Source: Rhynchopus sp. YZ270_cl-10
Taxonomy: Eukaryota
Assembly (NCBI GenBank): GCA_964035575.1
Contig: OZ037842.1
Location: 1 to 64,000, forward strand
Length of the DNA stretch: 64,000 nt
Direction: 5' to 3'
Positions within the stretch are counted from its first letter, which is position 1, and every line of letters starts with the position of its first letter. Positions 30,210 through 41,040 of the stretch are shown here, piece by piece. A program made the position numbers and the translations under genes. Below the pieces are notes generated by a model, which worked only from the letters and a program-made list of their open reading frames with translations, was not told where the DNA came from and searched no databases.

Positions 30210-32999
30210 TTACAAATCAGCGTAATGGTCTTCGGTGTACGACACAAGCAAACTCTTCTTCACCTGACAAGGAATGGGCAACGGTGGTTCGCCAGAGAGC
30301 TGGAACTTCTCGATTCTCTCTGAAAGTTCCTTATCATTCGGTGTACTGGAGTTGTTCATGTGAGAGGCTGCCTCGTCAAACTCACCGGTGTAGAGACACG
30401 TGACAGCCTCGTTGTACGCGCCGTATACCTTCTCCTGCTCCTGCTTGTCCATCTCGTACATCCACTCGTCACATTCTATTACCAGCTTCCGAATCGCTTC
30501 CCTGACTAAGAAATCCGTCCCTAGACTGACCTTGACACGTGCCACAGAACGCAACTCAAAGCTGAACCCATCGCGGCACACGCCTTCGTCGCACAAGTTT
30601 GTACAACCCCAATCCAATGCCAGTCTGTGTACAGACCACACCAGTAACTCCGGTTGACCAACAATACCGTAACGCATGAGGCCTGTGCACCCAACGTTGC
30701 CGCACATCACCTGCCCAGACACTGCTGCAGAGACCACATCCTGCTTAAACTCCTTCTTCATGCCAACAACGCATTGCAGGGCCATGCTCCCATGCTGAAT
30801 TGACGGCTGTGTAGTGTTGTACGAAGAATGGACCTTGTCTCCAATCACCTCATCCACGATCCCGCGGTACTTCGACACACAGCACTGCACAGCCTCCAGA
30901 TACGACGCCATGGTTGTGCTGACGTCTGCGGCAGCCTTGTCAATTAGTGACTCCTTCAAACTTGTTACTACGAGCGACACCTTCCGCTTCTTCACTTCGG
31001 TGGACAGATTCACCTTCTCTCTGTGGTGTGCGAGACTCCGCGAGACAGAGGAGTGACCCCTTGAGTCCTGTGAAGACTTCACAGAGTTACTAACCGTCTT
31101 GCTATATTCCCGGCCACTAAAGCTTTTCTCCTGCTCCTTCCCCTCCTCGCTTGATGTTTCCTTCAGAAACAGCGACTGCGGCATGTACGCCTTGTACTGG
31201 TTCATGCGGCTCACAATCTCGATAAACGAAGCCTGGATAGCGTTTGGCGTCTTCAGCTCTTGAAGGTACGCAACCTGGTCCAGCTGCATCGAAGCAATGG
31301 CCTTCGCACACCGTGCAGCCACAACGTTGTCCGCAAACTGCAGTCTGTACGCTTCATTGCTCTTCCGGTACTTGTACACCAGGAACAGGATGACCAGCAC
31401 TGCAATAGCACCACCCACCACAATCAGGGCAATGTGCCACCCTTCCAGCGCATCCTCAACCGTCGTCAGCACAGTGGGTGGAGCATAAGGCGACATCCCC
31501 ATCGTCTCACGGTACAGGTCGCGCACCTTCTCCAGACCGTTCCGCTCCGCACGGATCAGCCACAGCTTCCTGATCTCCTCCAGGGACTCGTCCACAGTCA
31601 AGTTCCCTTCAAGCGCCTTTGCAAACACGGTGCCCACGTCCAGTGAGAAAAACGGAGCTTCAGGCAACGTCGAGTCTGGAGCAATGTTCTTCTCACCGAT
31701 GTTTGTGAACCGTACAGTCTCAATGAACTGGTCCGCAATATCCTTGCCCCACTCCTTCTCCCAACCAGGTGCGTACAAGTGCGATGCACGGAACGGCTCA
31801 AACGACGCAGACTGTCTGTCTGTCACCCATTCAGCAGAATTCTTCGGCTCAATAAGATGCGACATGAAGTCAAATGTGGCATCAAAGTGCTGTGAGTGTG
31901 TTCCGATCAGCAACGTGTACCCTCCCCCCAGTGCTGCGTACGGTGCATAGTTGACCAACTTCCCAGATCGTCCCTTCACTGCATACGGACAACTCGTTTC
32001 TGTGCACTCCGTCAGGTTCTTATCGATATCGACGTGGGTGGTGCCTGGGAATGGAAAGATCCGTGTTCTGTTCGTACCGACACCTGAGTACGTGTTCTCC
32101 AAGTAGAAGTCACGCAGGATCCCACCCTGCCAGTTCATAGAGAACGCGCACGTCCCATTCCCCCACCTGATACGCGGAATGTTCATGCCGGATGTCGAGT
32201 CGGCGTGTCTGTTGCACTCGTTGCCTGTGGCACGTGTGCCTGCCTGCCACACCGCAAGCGCCATTTCGAATCCCTTCCTGAACCCCTCGTGGTCAATCTG
32301 GGCCTCAATGGTCACAGGGTCAAACCAGATGCCCTGCTTCGGCCCCTTCGTTTGCATGTAGGTTGCAATGAACTGCATCACATACTCACCGTTCACAAGT
32401 GTCGTCAGGATGTCATCTGTGGGTCCTCTGCACTCACACCACCCACGGTCAGGAATCCCATCTCCGTTCAGGTCCTGTCCGTCCAGGCGCTTCACCATCT
32501 CCAGCAGTTCCTCCACAGTCTCTGGCTCACTTCCGACCGGGACCAGGTCTTGCCTCCCAAACATCCCAATCAGACCACCATCAGACGGCATCCCGTAAGT
32601 GCGCTTCCGGTACGCAGAGTTCTGATCACGGTAGAACGGAAGCAGATCATCCCATGCCAGTTTGTCATCACCACGAATCCTGTCCGTCAGGTCACGGATG
32701 TGCCCCGAACGTGCCAGCTGCGGAAGGTCAACTGCAAGAATCATGTACCCATCCTCACCAAACCCACTCTCCGAAGCTGCTGTGATTCTTTTGATGAGTG
32801 AGGCTGAGTCGTCACGCACAAGCGTCACGTTGCATCCTGTTTCTTCATAAAAGCGCTGCACGTAAGGTCCAAACGGGCGCATTGCCCACTCCGACATCAC
32901 AATGCTGACCTGCACTCCTTCATACTTCCGTGCTGCCTGCACATGTGTTCCGAGCGACAGGAACACAGCAAGAACAGCCACAGATCTGGCTAACGTCAT
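30210..32999 (-). CDS. SBP-TM-pseudocyclase receptor (copy 2)
   Basis: 929-aa ORF whose first ~610 aa are nearly identical to copies 1 and 3. Confidence 0.92.
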   Translation of the reverse strand: MTLARSVAVLAVFLSLGTHVQAARKYEGVQVSIVMSEWAMRPFGPYVQRFYEETGCNVTLVRDDSASLIKRITAASESGFGEDGYMILAVDLPQLARSGHIRDLTDRIRGDDKLAWDDLLPFYRDQNSAYRKRTYGMPSDGGLIGMFGRQDLVPVGSEPETVEELLEMVKRLDGQDLNGDGIPDRGWCECRGPTDDILTTLVNGEYVMQFIATYMQTKGPKQGIWFDPVTIEAQIDHEGFRKGFEMALAVWQAGTRATGNECNRHADSTSGMNIPRIRWGNGTCAFSMNWQGGILRDFYLENTYSGVGTNRTRIFPFPGTTHVDIDKNLTECTETSCPYAVKGRSGKLVNYAPYAALGGGYTLLIGTHSQHFDATFDFMSHLIEPKNSAEWVTDRQSASFEPFRASHLYAPGWEKEWGKDIADQFIETVRFTNIGEKNIAPDSTLPEAPFFSLDVGTVFAKALEGNLTVDESLEEIRKLWLIRAERNGLEKVRDLYRETMGMSPYAPPTVLTTVEDALEGWHIALIVVGGAIAVLVILFLVYKYRKSNEAYRLQFADNVVAARCAKAIASMQLDQVAYLQELKTPNAIQASFIEIVSRMNQYKAYMPQSLFLKETSSEEGKEQEKSFSGREYSKTVSNSVKSSQDSRGHSSVSRSLAHHREKVNLSTEVKKRKVSLVVTSLKESLIDKAAADVSTTMASYLEAVQCCVSKYRGIVDEVIGDKVHSSYNTTQPSIQHGSMALQCVVGMKKEFKQDVVSAAVSGQVMCGNVGCTGLMRYGIVGQPELLVWSVHRLALDWGCTNLCDEGVCRDGFSFELRSVARVKVSLGTDFLVREAIRKLVIECDEWMYEMDKQEQEKVYGAYNEAVTCLYTGEFDEAASHMNNSSTPNDKELSERIEKFQLSGEPPLPIPCQVKKSLLVSYTEDHYADL

Positions 33000-35900
33000 G
33001 TTGTACTAATTTCAAAACCTGAAAATTGCCTGGAGTGAGCAGGTTGTGAAGAAACCGGAGAAAAGATGCGCACGCAAACAGTGTCGCATCGGGAGCGGTG
33101 GCGAGTGGCCAGAAAACGAAGGGGTGCTGTATTTGTTTAAGTTTGTAGGCACACGCAGTGTCAGAAATATGTTGATAGACTTTGTTTGTGGGGGGCAATA
33201 AAACATACGGCAGGTAAATCGAAGTCTCGCTCAATAAGGAGCAAGAAAAGGTGGAGCCAAGATACCCTGTTTGTGTCGCAGTGATCCAACTCAGCTCAGA
33301 AAAGTCGCAAACAATAGTGTTCGCAATAGTACAGGTGCGGAATGCAAGATTGGTTTCTTTGATCATCTTCACAATGTGAATAGTAAGTATTTTCACAAAT
33401 AAAGAAATGTCAAGATCCAAGTAACATTGCCCCAAGCTTCGGTTTGCTGGGTTCTGATTCTATTCGGCCCGCAAAATTGATCTTGGATCCTGCCACTTGA
33501 TCACACATAAAAAGTTGAAAATAACATGTGGCCGTGGAACTCACGCAAACATCAAAAAGAGAAAAAAAATGTGGACAAAAAAGAGACGTGGACACTTCCC
33601 TCTTCAAAGTAACTTCTCAATCGAAGCTAACTTCACATCGCCCAAGAGTACACCGTTTCGTTCAGATAAAATACAAATGGTTGTAAGAGACACAACGCCT
33701 ACAATAAATACACACACAAAGACAAAAAGAAAGCAGAACAACGAAAAGCGCACAAAGAAACGAGACACGTGTCAGGTGAACCGAAGGAAGAAAAGTGGTA
33801 GATACAATGGCCATATGACCGTTGTTTGTGCGCACGACGTAAAAACCCTTCATGGGGGTATTTTTACAGCAGACGCCCATTGACTTCTTTGTGACAATTG
33901 CTACATCTTCACGGGGTAGTGCAGTGCCGAAATCGTCTATCAGTCGGATTTACGAATCTTTGAAACGTACAAACAATAACAAAATACAAATATCGCGAAA
34001 TAAAGTCACCTACACAGTAGCCAGGTCCAGATGAGATCAAGGTGGGAGAGCAAAGAGGGAACAATGTTTATTCCGACCACATAAATGTTTGTAGAAAAAT
34101 GAGCCCGGTCACTAAAAGGAGCGGCCATTTTCATCCAAAATTTTCTAAAACCCTGGTCCAGATTGTAATATTGACCTCCCCTGCATCGATTTTCAATACA
34201 CCACCCTGGGTTGTGACCCTGCGAGAAAAACAAAAATTTTCTCGTACGACGACGATGCGTCGGAGCCTGTGAAGTGTAACCCTTGTTGCGGGGTAGAATA
34301 TGAAAAATGGCGCCGCAGGCAAAAAAAAAATTAAGGTACAACCTGCGTGTGGGATTTCTTGGTGGTAAGTTCCGGTCAGTTCCGAACCCAGGTCCCCATG
34401 GGGAACTGGGCTTTTGGCATCCCACCTTGCTGTCCCACCTGGTAGCCACCGTGTAGGCCAACAGGGTGCTGTATAGCATCTGCACGCTGCGGTACAAAAT
34501 TATTTCCTTTTTTTTTTTTTTTCAAAAAAATATATCATCAGTACATCACTAAGATAGGTACCGCACAACAACAAAAAATCTGAAAAAAAGAAACCCCCCC
34601 CCCCGGTGATGATGTAAGATGAACTTAATAAAAACAAACAGTATTACGTGGCGTGGTCATGTGAGGAATAAATGAAGCCGCACGGTAAACCAAAACGGGG
34701 TGCATTCACCAGCATCCGCAAAAAAAAAAGAAGTCTGGAAAAGGGGCTGTGGGGTGGGCAAGTGCGTTTGCGTCGGGTCTGCTGTACGTCCAAGTGCTGT
34801 GTGGTTAAGTTGAGAATAAGCAGGGGAACTCCAATTTACAAATTCCTGTCCTTACTATTTAACAAACAGTAAGCATTCAAGGAAACCCCTATTTACAAAA
34901 AAAAAAACCCCACATAGAAAATACAGAGAAAAACACTCAACGTGACTGTCCTTTGTGAGGAGTTCGCAATACCTTCACAAAAATGATTAAGATATTCTTT
35001 TCAATCGAAAGATGGAGTTTTGTCCACCAGCGTCGTCTCCTCTTTTCTTCACAAAAAAAAAAAAAGAAAGAAAGAAAGATTCTTAGAAAGAAAGAAAAGA
35101 AAAGAAAAGAAGAGAAGTGCAAACACCTCACAGTTCTCTGCGGGTTATCGAACAGAGAGCACTTCATTGGGAAGCACACGGCTACCACGAGGGAGGTTGT
35201 AAGCAAAGAAAGAAAATGTTACCCCGAAAAACGGAACTGTTTATCTTTTACGGAAATGCGCTGACAAAGGCTGGCAACAACATTTCCAAAGAGGACCACT
35301 TTCGGAGAAAAAATCGGATTTTTTGGGATTAGTGTTGCTGCCATGTATGACAGTCTTCACTGTATTTTTTTGCTTTTGTGTTGAGTGGATGCGTGACTGT
35401 CTACCTATGGGATTAGTATGGATGTTTTCATCACCAGGACGCAGGTACATCCACCCCTGTCTGACGTACAACGTGCAGACATCCTCCAGAGGAGCAGAGG
35501 GGAAATAAACTACAGGGGGGAAAGGGGAACAAAAAAAAAACAACCCTGATATGGTAAGTGAAAGGGAAAAAGGTTTTTTCGTTGATCGCTCAATTACCCT
35601 GTCGGGCGGTTGGCGACCGTATCGAAGGAACTATTTCTCCTTTGAGCTACGCTTTGCAGGTACAAAACAAAAACACGTAAAATGTGCCTCACAAAAAAGT
35701 TGGTATGACATGAGCCTCTCTCTGTGCTTAGTCACAAACTTTCTCTGGCACAAAGACACAATATTCCGTTTCAGCAAAAAAACGAGAATGCCGTGCTGCA
35801 CGGTAAAATCAAGGCTATCTCTGAAAGCGCAGTAACCGGGTTCCGCGGGAAAGCACTTCAGAGCACAAAGAAAGAAAAAATAAAGTAAAGACAGGGCAGG

Positions 35901-36845
35901 GAAGAAAGGAAGGGGAAAGAGAGGAAGAATAGAAGGATGAATGTGCCTCGTCGTGCACACGTCTAATCAAAACCTTGCTGTAATTCGAAGGAACACGGGA
36001 CGGAAAAGGCCCTTGTTTTTAGTGAGACTGCATAGTGATGCATCTATGGTAATCGAAGGGGGTCCAGAAAAATTACTTCAACGCAGATAGGATGTGCTGA
36101 TAGTAAGCTTCGAAATATCTTTCCGGAATGTGTGCAATAAATTGGGGGGAAACAATGTAACTTGAGATCAATGAAGGGCGATATGGACCGTAAGGGCACA
36201 GCAAGTAAATAATACGCTGTGCTTGGACCACTGCCTTCGTGTGTAACTTTCCGTGGCAAAGTTAAGTTGGTCGCATGTGTCCATGGTACCGGGCTGCATC
36301 GTGACATCGCTACTTACCATTGAGCCATGGGCCCATTTGGGTGGCAAAACACCTGCAAAACCCGGTCTTGCCCAAAAATGTTTGTAAGACGTCGGACACA
36401 GGCAAACAAAAAAAAGTTAATGCGATGACCCTCAGTTTCTCTCGCTTAGCCACCTTCATTTTTTTATAGAAAAAAAATAAGTTCTTCTCTTAGCAACTAG
36501 TTGTTTTCACTGTTGTTGTTTTCCACGCACCTTCCTTCAACCCCTGCAGGATCAGTTGTTATTTATAACCTGAAATAACACATCTCAAGGGAACAAATTA
36601 AAAGGGTCCTTATTTGCATTTTTGGGATTCACCGCCCGTGCAGTGGTGGGGTCGATGTTGAAAATTGGACAATTTTTTGACTGGAAATATGAGCCAGTGG
36701 CCCATTTTCGGCCAAAATTGTCCTCAAAATCCTGGGTTTGTAATTGACCCTTTAACCCCCACCCACATCGATTTCAATACTATACCTTACTTCACCTTCG
36801 TTTACCCTTACAGGGGGTGAAGGAAGGTTGTGGAAAACAAAAAAA

Positions 36846-36965
36846 GTAGTTGATGCAGGCACCTCCGACTGACCCACGTACGATGCCAGCCATCCGATAA
36901 AAGCACAAGTACCCTGCGGCCTACAACAGTAAATGTAAAAAGGAAACCTAATGACTTGCCCGTAC
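36846..36965. repeat. Dispersed repeat family A, copy 2
   Basis: Aligns by eye to 29856-29970 over its full length. Confidence 0.88.
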
Positions 36966-38241
36966 CGTAAGAGAACGAGGAAAATAATAGAAACGTTTTG
37001 TTGCGCTGCGACAACATCTGTCACATTTTATCTTCGGCTACCATATTTCCATGCACGTTAAAGCTTGGTTCTGCGCCTTGACCGCGGGTTTGAGAACAAG
37101 GCACAGTCAGTGTATTGTGCAAGCCTGTTTGAGGCGCACACTACTACTACTTTGGTACTCGAAAAGAAGGTCCGCAAAGACGCCTGCTGGGTGATGTAAA
37201 GAGAAAAGCAAACAGTGCGACACTCAGGTGAATGCTACACTGACGTGCACAAACGTGCACAGTGCACAAAATGCATTTGCAATTTTTTAACAAAAAACCA
37301 ACAATTTCGTTCAGTACCTACGCATCAAAAAAGGGGCTCGTTTGTGAAGGAAAGATTCGGGATCAAAAAAGCAAATAAAATACCGCACAGGCACCTAGAA
37401 ACTCTCACATGAAACAAAAAAATCTGTAAGCGAGTGCTTGCTGAATCAAGTAAAAGTGAACACAAAAAAAAGAAAAAAAAAAGCGTTTGTCAAATTGACA
37501 CAAAATATATTTATTGAGGTGATCCAGTGCGCACTTTTTCTCGTTTTTTATCGTTTTTTCGCTTCTGATAACACTTGTTCACACTTTTTTCTCATTTTTC
37601 ACGGATGTGAAAAAGTGCGCGCTGTATCACCTCAATGATATAAAAAAAAGAACCCTTGAAAAGATGAATATGCCTCTCGTGCACACATATATATAAAAAG
37701 TAAAGAAGAAATACAAAAAGGAAGAACACATCAACACAGTCTCACAAAAAGAAATCAACCCTCGTCGCGAACTTGTTGGTCTTACAAGGATTCGACACAA
37801 GTGATTGATACACTTTTTTTTGTTTTGTTTTGAAAACTTGGTTGTATTAGTGTAGACACCCGAGGATGAACTCCACTATATAAGTTTTGTTTTGTTTTGT
37901 TTTGTTTTGTTCAATACAAAAAAAGTGAATACTTAAAAGATGACCCAGCCCGCAAAGTCACCTTTAAAAAAACACTTAAAACTTGGGAAAGACACAGGTT
38001 CCTTCCGGCCAGCCTAGAGCTAGTCCTTTTGAAAGTCCAGCCATGTAACACTACACCTGGCAGAGAGCTAAAGAACGAGACGTCAAGTACCTAATGAAAA
38101 TATTTTAGACTCTTTCGCAACGTCGTATCGCATTAAAATAAACGAAAAGTAGTGACGCAGCCTCTCTCATGCTTAGTCACCGAACCAAAGAAGAAAACAT
38201 CAAAAAATGAAGGGTGTAGAAAAAATGAAAACATAAGAATC

Positions 38242-41040
38242 TCATAGCCCATTGTAGTCAGCATCGGTGTACATGACGTCCAAAGCCTTCTTCATCTCAC
38301 AAGGAACTGGGGTGGGTGCAGCTACCAGTTGTTGGAACTTCTTGATCCTGGCGGTCAACTCATCGTCGTGATCTGTGTTCGAGTCGTTCATGTGGTTCAA
38401 CGCGTTGTTAAACTCACCAATGTAGAGACACGTGACAGCCTTGTTGTAGGCATGATAGCGGTTGTCCTGCTCCTGCTTGTCCAGCTCGTACATCCACTCG
38501 TCGCATTCGGTTTCGATCTTCCGCATCGCTTCCTTCATCAAAAAGTCTTTCGTGAGGTTCGCCTTCACACGTGCCACGGTGCGCAACTCGAAGTTCAACC
38601 CATCGCGGCACACGCCTTCGTCGCACAAGTTTCCACAACCCCAATCCAATGCCAGTCTGTGTACAGACCACACAAATAACTCTGGTTGACCAATAATACC
38701 GTAACGCATGAGGCCTGTGCACCCAACGTTGCCGCACATCACCTGCCCAGACACTGCTGCAGAGACCACATCCTGCTTAAACTCCTTCTTCATGCCAACA
38801 ACGCATTGCAAGGCCATGCTCCCATGCTGAATTGACGGCTGTGTAGTGTTGTACGAAGAATGGACCTTGTCTCCAATCACCTCATCCACGATCCCGCGGT
38901 ACTTCGACACACAGCACTGCACAGCCTCCAGATACGACGCCATGGTTGTGCTGACGTCTGCGGCAGCCTTGTCCATTAGTGACTCCTTCAAACTTGTTAC
39001 TACGAGCGACACCTTCCGCTTCTTCACTTCGGTGGACAGATTCACCTTCTCTCTGTGGTGTGCGAGACTCATGGTTGCTGTCGTTGAACGTGACTTCTTC
39101 GAATGCTGCGAAGACTTTGAAAGGATCGACGCAGGTCCCCTCGAGCCGCTGCCACGATCCTTCGCAAGGCTGCTCTCCTCCTCAGTAGAATCATCTACAT
39201 CGTTCACAAACAGCGACTGCGGCATGTACGCCTTGTACTGGTTCATGCGGCTCACAATCTCGATAAACGAAGCCTGGATAGCGTTTGGCGTCTTCAGCTC
39301 TTGAAGGTACGCAACCTGGTCCAGCTGCATCGAAGCAATGGCCTTCGCACACCGTGCAGCCACAACGTTGTCCGCAAACTGCAGTCTGTACGCTTCATTG
39401 CTCTTCCGGTACTTGTACACCAGGAACAGGATGACCAGCACTGCAATTGCACCACCCACCACAATCAGGGCAATGTGCCATCCTTCCAGCGCATCCTCAA
39501 CCGTCGTCAGCACAGTGGGTGGAGCATAAGGCGACATCCCCATCGTCTCACGGTACAGGTCGCGCACCTTCTCCAGACCGTTCCGCTCCGCACGGATCAG
39601 CCACAGCTTCCTGATCTCCTCCAGGGACTCGTCCACAGTCAGGTTCCCTTCAAGCGCCTTTGCAAACACGGTCCCCACGTCCAGTGAGAAAAACGGAGCT
39701 TCGGGTAACGTAGAGTCTGGGGCGATGTTCTTCTCACCGATGTTCGTGAACCGCACAGTCTCAATGAACTGGTCCGCAATGTCCTTGCCCCACTCCTTCT
39801 CCCAACCAGGTGCGTACAAGTGCGATGCACGGAACGGCTCAAACGACGCAGACTGTCTGTCTGTCACCCATTCAGCAGAATTCTTCGGCTCAATCAGATG
39901 CGACATGAAATCAAATGTGGCATCAAAGTGCTGTGAGTGTGTTCCGATCAGCAACGTGTACCCTCCCCCCAGTGCTGCGTACGGTGCATAGTTGACCAAC
40001 TTCCCAGATCGTCCCTTCACTGCATACGGGCAGCTCGTTTCTGTGCACTCCGTCAGGTTCTTATCGATATCGACGTGGGTGGTGCCTGGGAATGGAAAGA
40101 TCCGTGTCCTGTTCGTACCGACACCTGAGTACGTGTTCTCCAAGTAGAAATCACGCAGGATCCCACCCTGCCAGTTCATAGAGAACGCACACGTCCCGTT
40201 CCCCCACCTGATACGCGGAATGTTCATGCCAGATGTCGAGTCTGCGTGTCTGTTGCACTCGTTGCCTGTGGCACGTGTGCCTGCCTGCCACACCGCAAGC
40301 GCCATTTCGAATCCCTTCCTGAACCCCTCGTGGTCAATCTGGGCCTCAATGGTCACAGGGTCAAACCAGATGCCCTGCTTCGGCCCCTTCGTTTGCATGT
40401 AGGTTGCAATGAACTGCATCACATACTCACCGTTCACAAGTGTCGTCAGGATGTCATCTGTGGGTCCTCTGCACTCACACCACCCACGGTCAGGAATCCC
40501 ATCTCCGTTCAGGTCCTGTCCGTCCAGGCGCTTCACCATCTCCAGCAGTTCCTCCACAGTCTCTGGCTCACTTCCGACCGGGACCAGGTCTTGCCTCCCA
40601 AACATCCCAATCAGACCACCATCAGACGGCATCCCGTAAGTGCGCTTCCGGTACGCAGAGTTCTGATCACGGTAGAACGGAAGCAGATCATCCCATGCCA
40701 GTTTGTCATCACCACGAATCTTGTCCGTCAGGTCACGGATGTGCCCCGAACGTGCCAGCTGCGGAAGGTCGACTGGAAGAATCATGTACCCATCCTCACC
40801 AAACCCACTCTCCGAAGCTGCTGTGATCCTTTTGATGAGTGAGGCTGAGTCGTCACGCACAAGCGTCACGTTGCACCCTGTTTCTTCATAAAAGCGCTGC
40901 ACGTAAGGTCCAAACGGGCGCATTGCCCACTCCGACATCACAATGCTGACCTGCACTCCTTCATACTTCCGTGCTGCCTGCACATGTGTTCCGAGCGACA
41001 GGAACACAGCAAGAACAGCCACAGATCTGGCTAACGTCAT
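38242..41040 (-). CDS. SBP-TM-pseudocyclase receptor (copy 3)
   Basis: 932-aa ORF with the same architecture. Confidence 0.92.
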   Translation of the reverse strand: MTLARSVAVLAVFLSLGTHVQAARKYEGVQVSIVMSEWAMRPFGPYVQRFYEETGCNVTLVRDDSASLIKRITAASESGFGEDGYMILPVDLPQLARSGHIRDLTDKIRGDDKLAWDDLLPFYRDQNSAYRKRTYGMPSDGGLIGMFGRQDLVPVGSEPETVEELLEMVKRLDGQDLNGDGIPDRGWCECRGPTDDILTTLVNGEYVMQFIATYMQTKGPKQGIWFDPVTIEAQIDHEGFRKGFEMALAVWQAGTRATGNECNRHADSTSGMNIPRIRWGNGTCAFSMNWQGGILRDFYLENTYSGVGTNRTRIFPFPGTTHVDIDKNLTECTETSCPYAVKGRSGKLVNYAPYAALGGGYTLLIGTHSQHFDATFDFMSHLIEPKNSAEWVTDRQSASFEPFRASHLYAPGWEKEWGKDIADQFIETVRFTNIGEKNIAPDSTLPEAPFFSLDVGTVFAKALEGNLTVDESLEEIRKLWLIRAERNGLEKVRDLYRETMGMSPYAPPTVLTTVEDALEGWHIALIVVGGAIAVLVILFLVYKYRKSNEAYRLQFADNVVAARCAKAIASMQLDQVAYLQELKTPNAIQASFIEIVSRMNQYKAYMPQSLFVNDVDDSTEEESSLAKDRGSGSRGPASILSKSSQHSKKSRSTTATMSLAHHREKVNLSTEVKKRKVSLVVTSLKESLMDKAAADVSTTMASYLEAVQCCVSKYRGIVDEVIGDKVHSSYNTTQPSIQHGSMALQCVVGMKKEFKQDVVSAAVSGQVMCGNVGCTGLMRYGIIGQPELFVWSVHRLALDWGCGNLCDEGVCRDGLNFELRTVARVKANLTKDFLMKEAMRKIETECDEWMYELDKQEQDNRYHAYNKAVTCLYIGEFNNALNHMNDSNTDHDDELTARIKKFQQLVAAPTPVPCEMKKALDVMYTDADYNGL

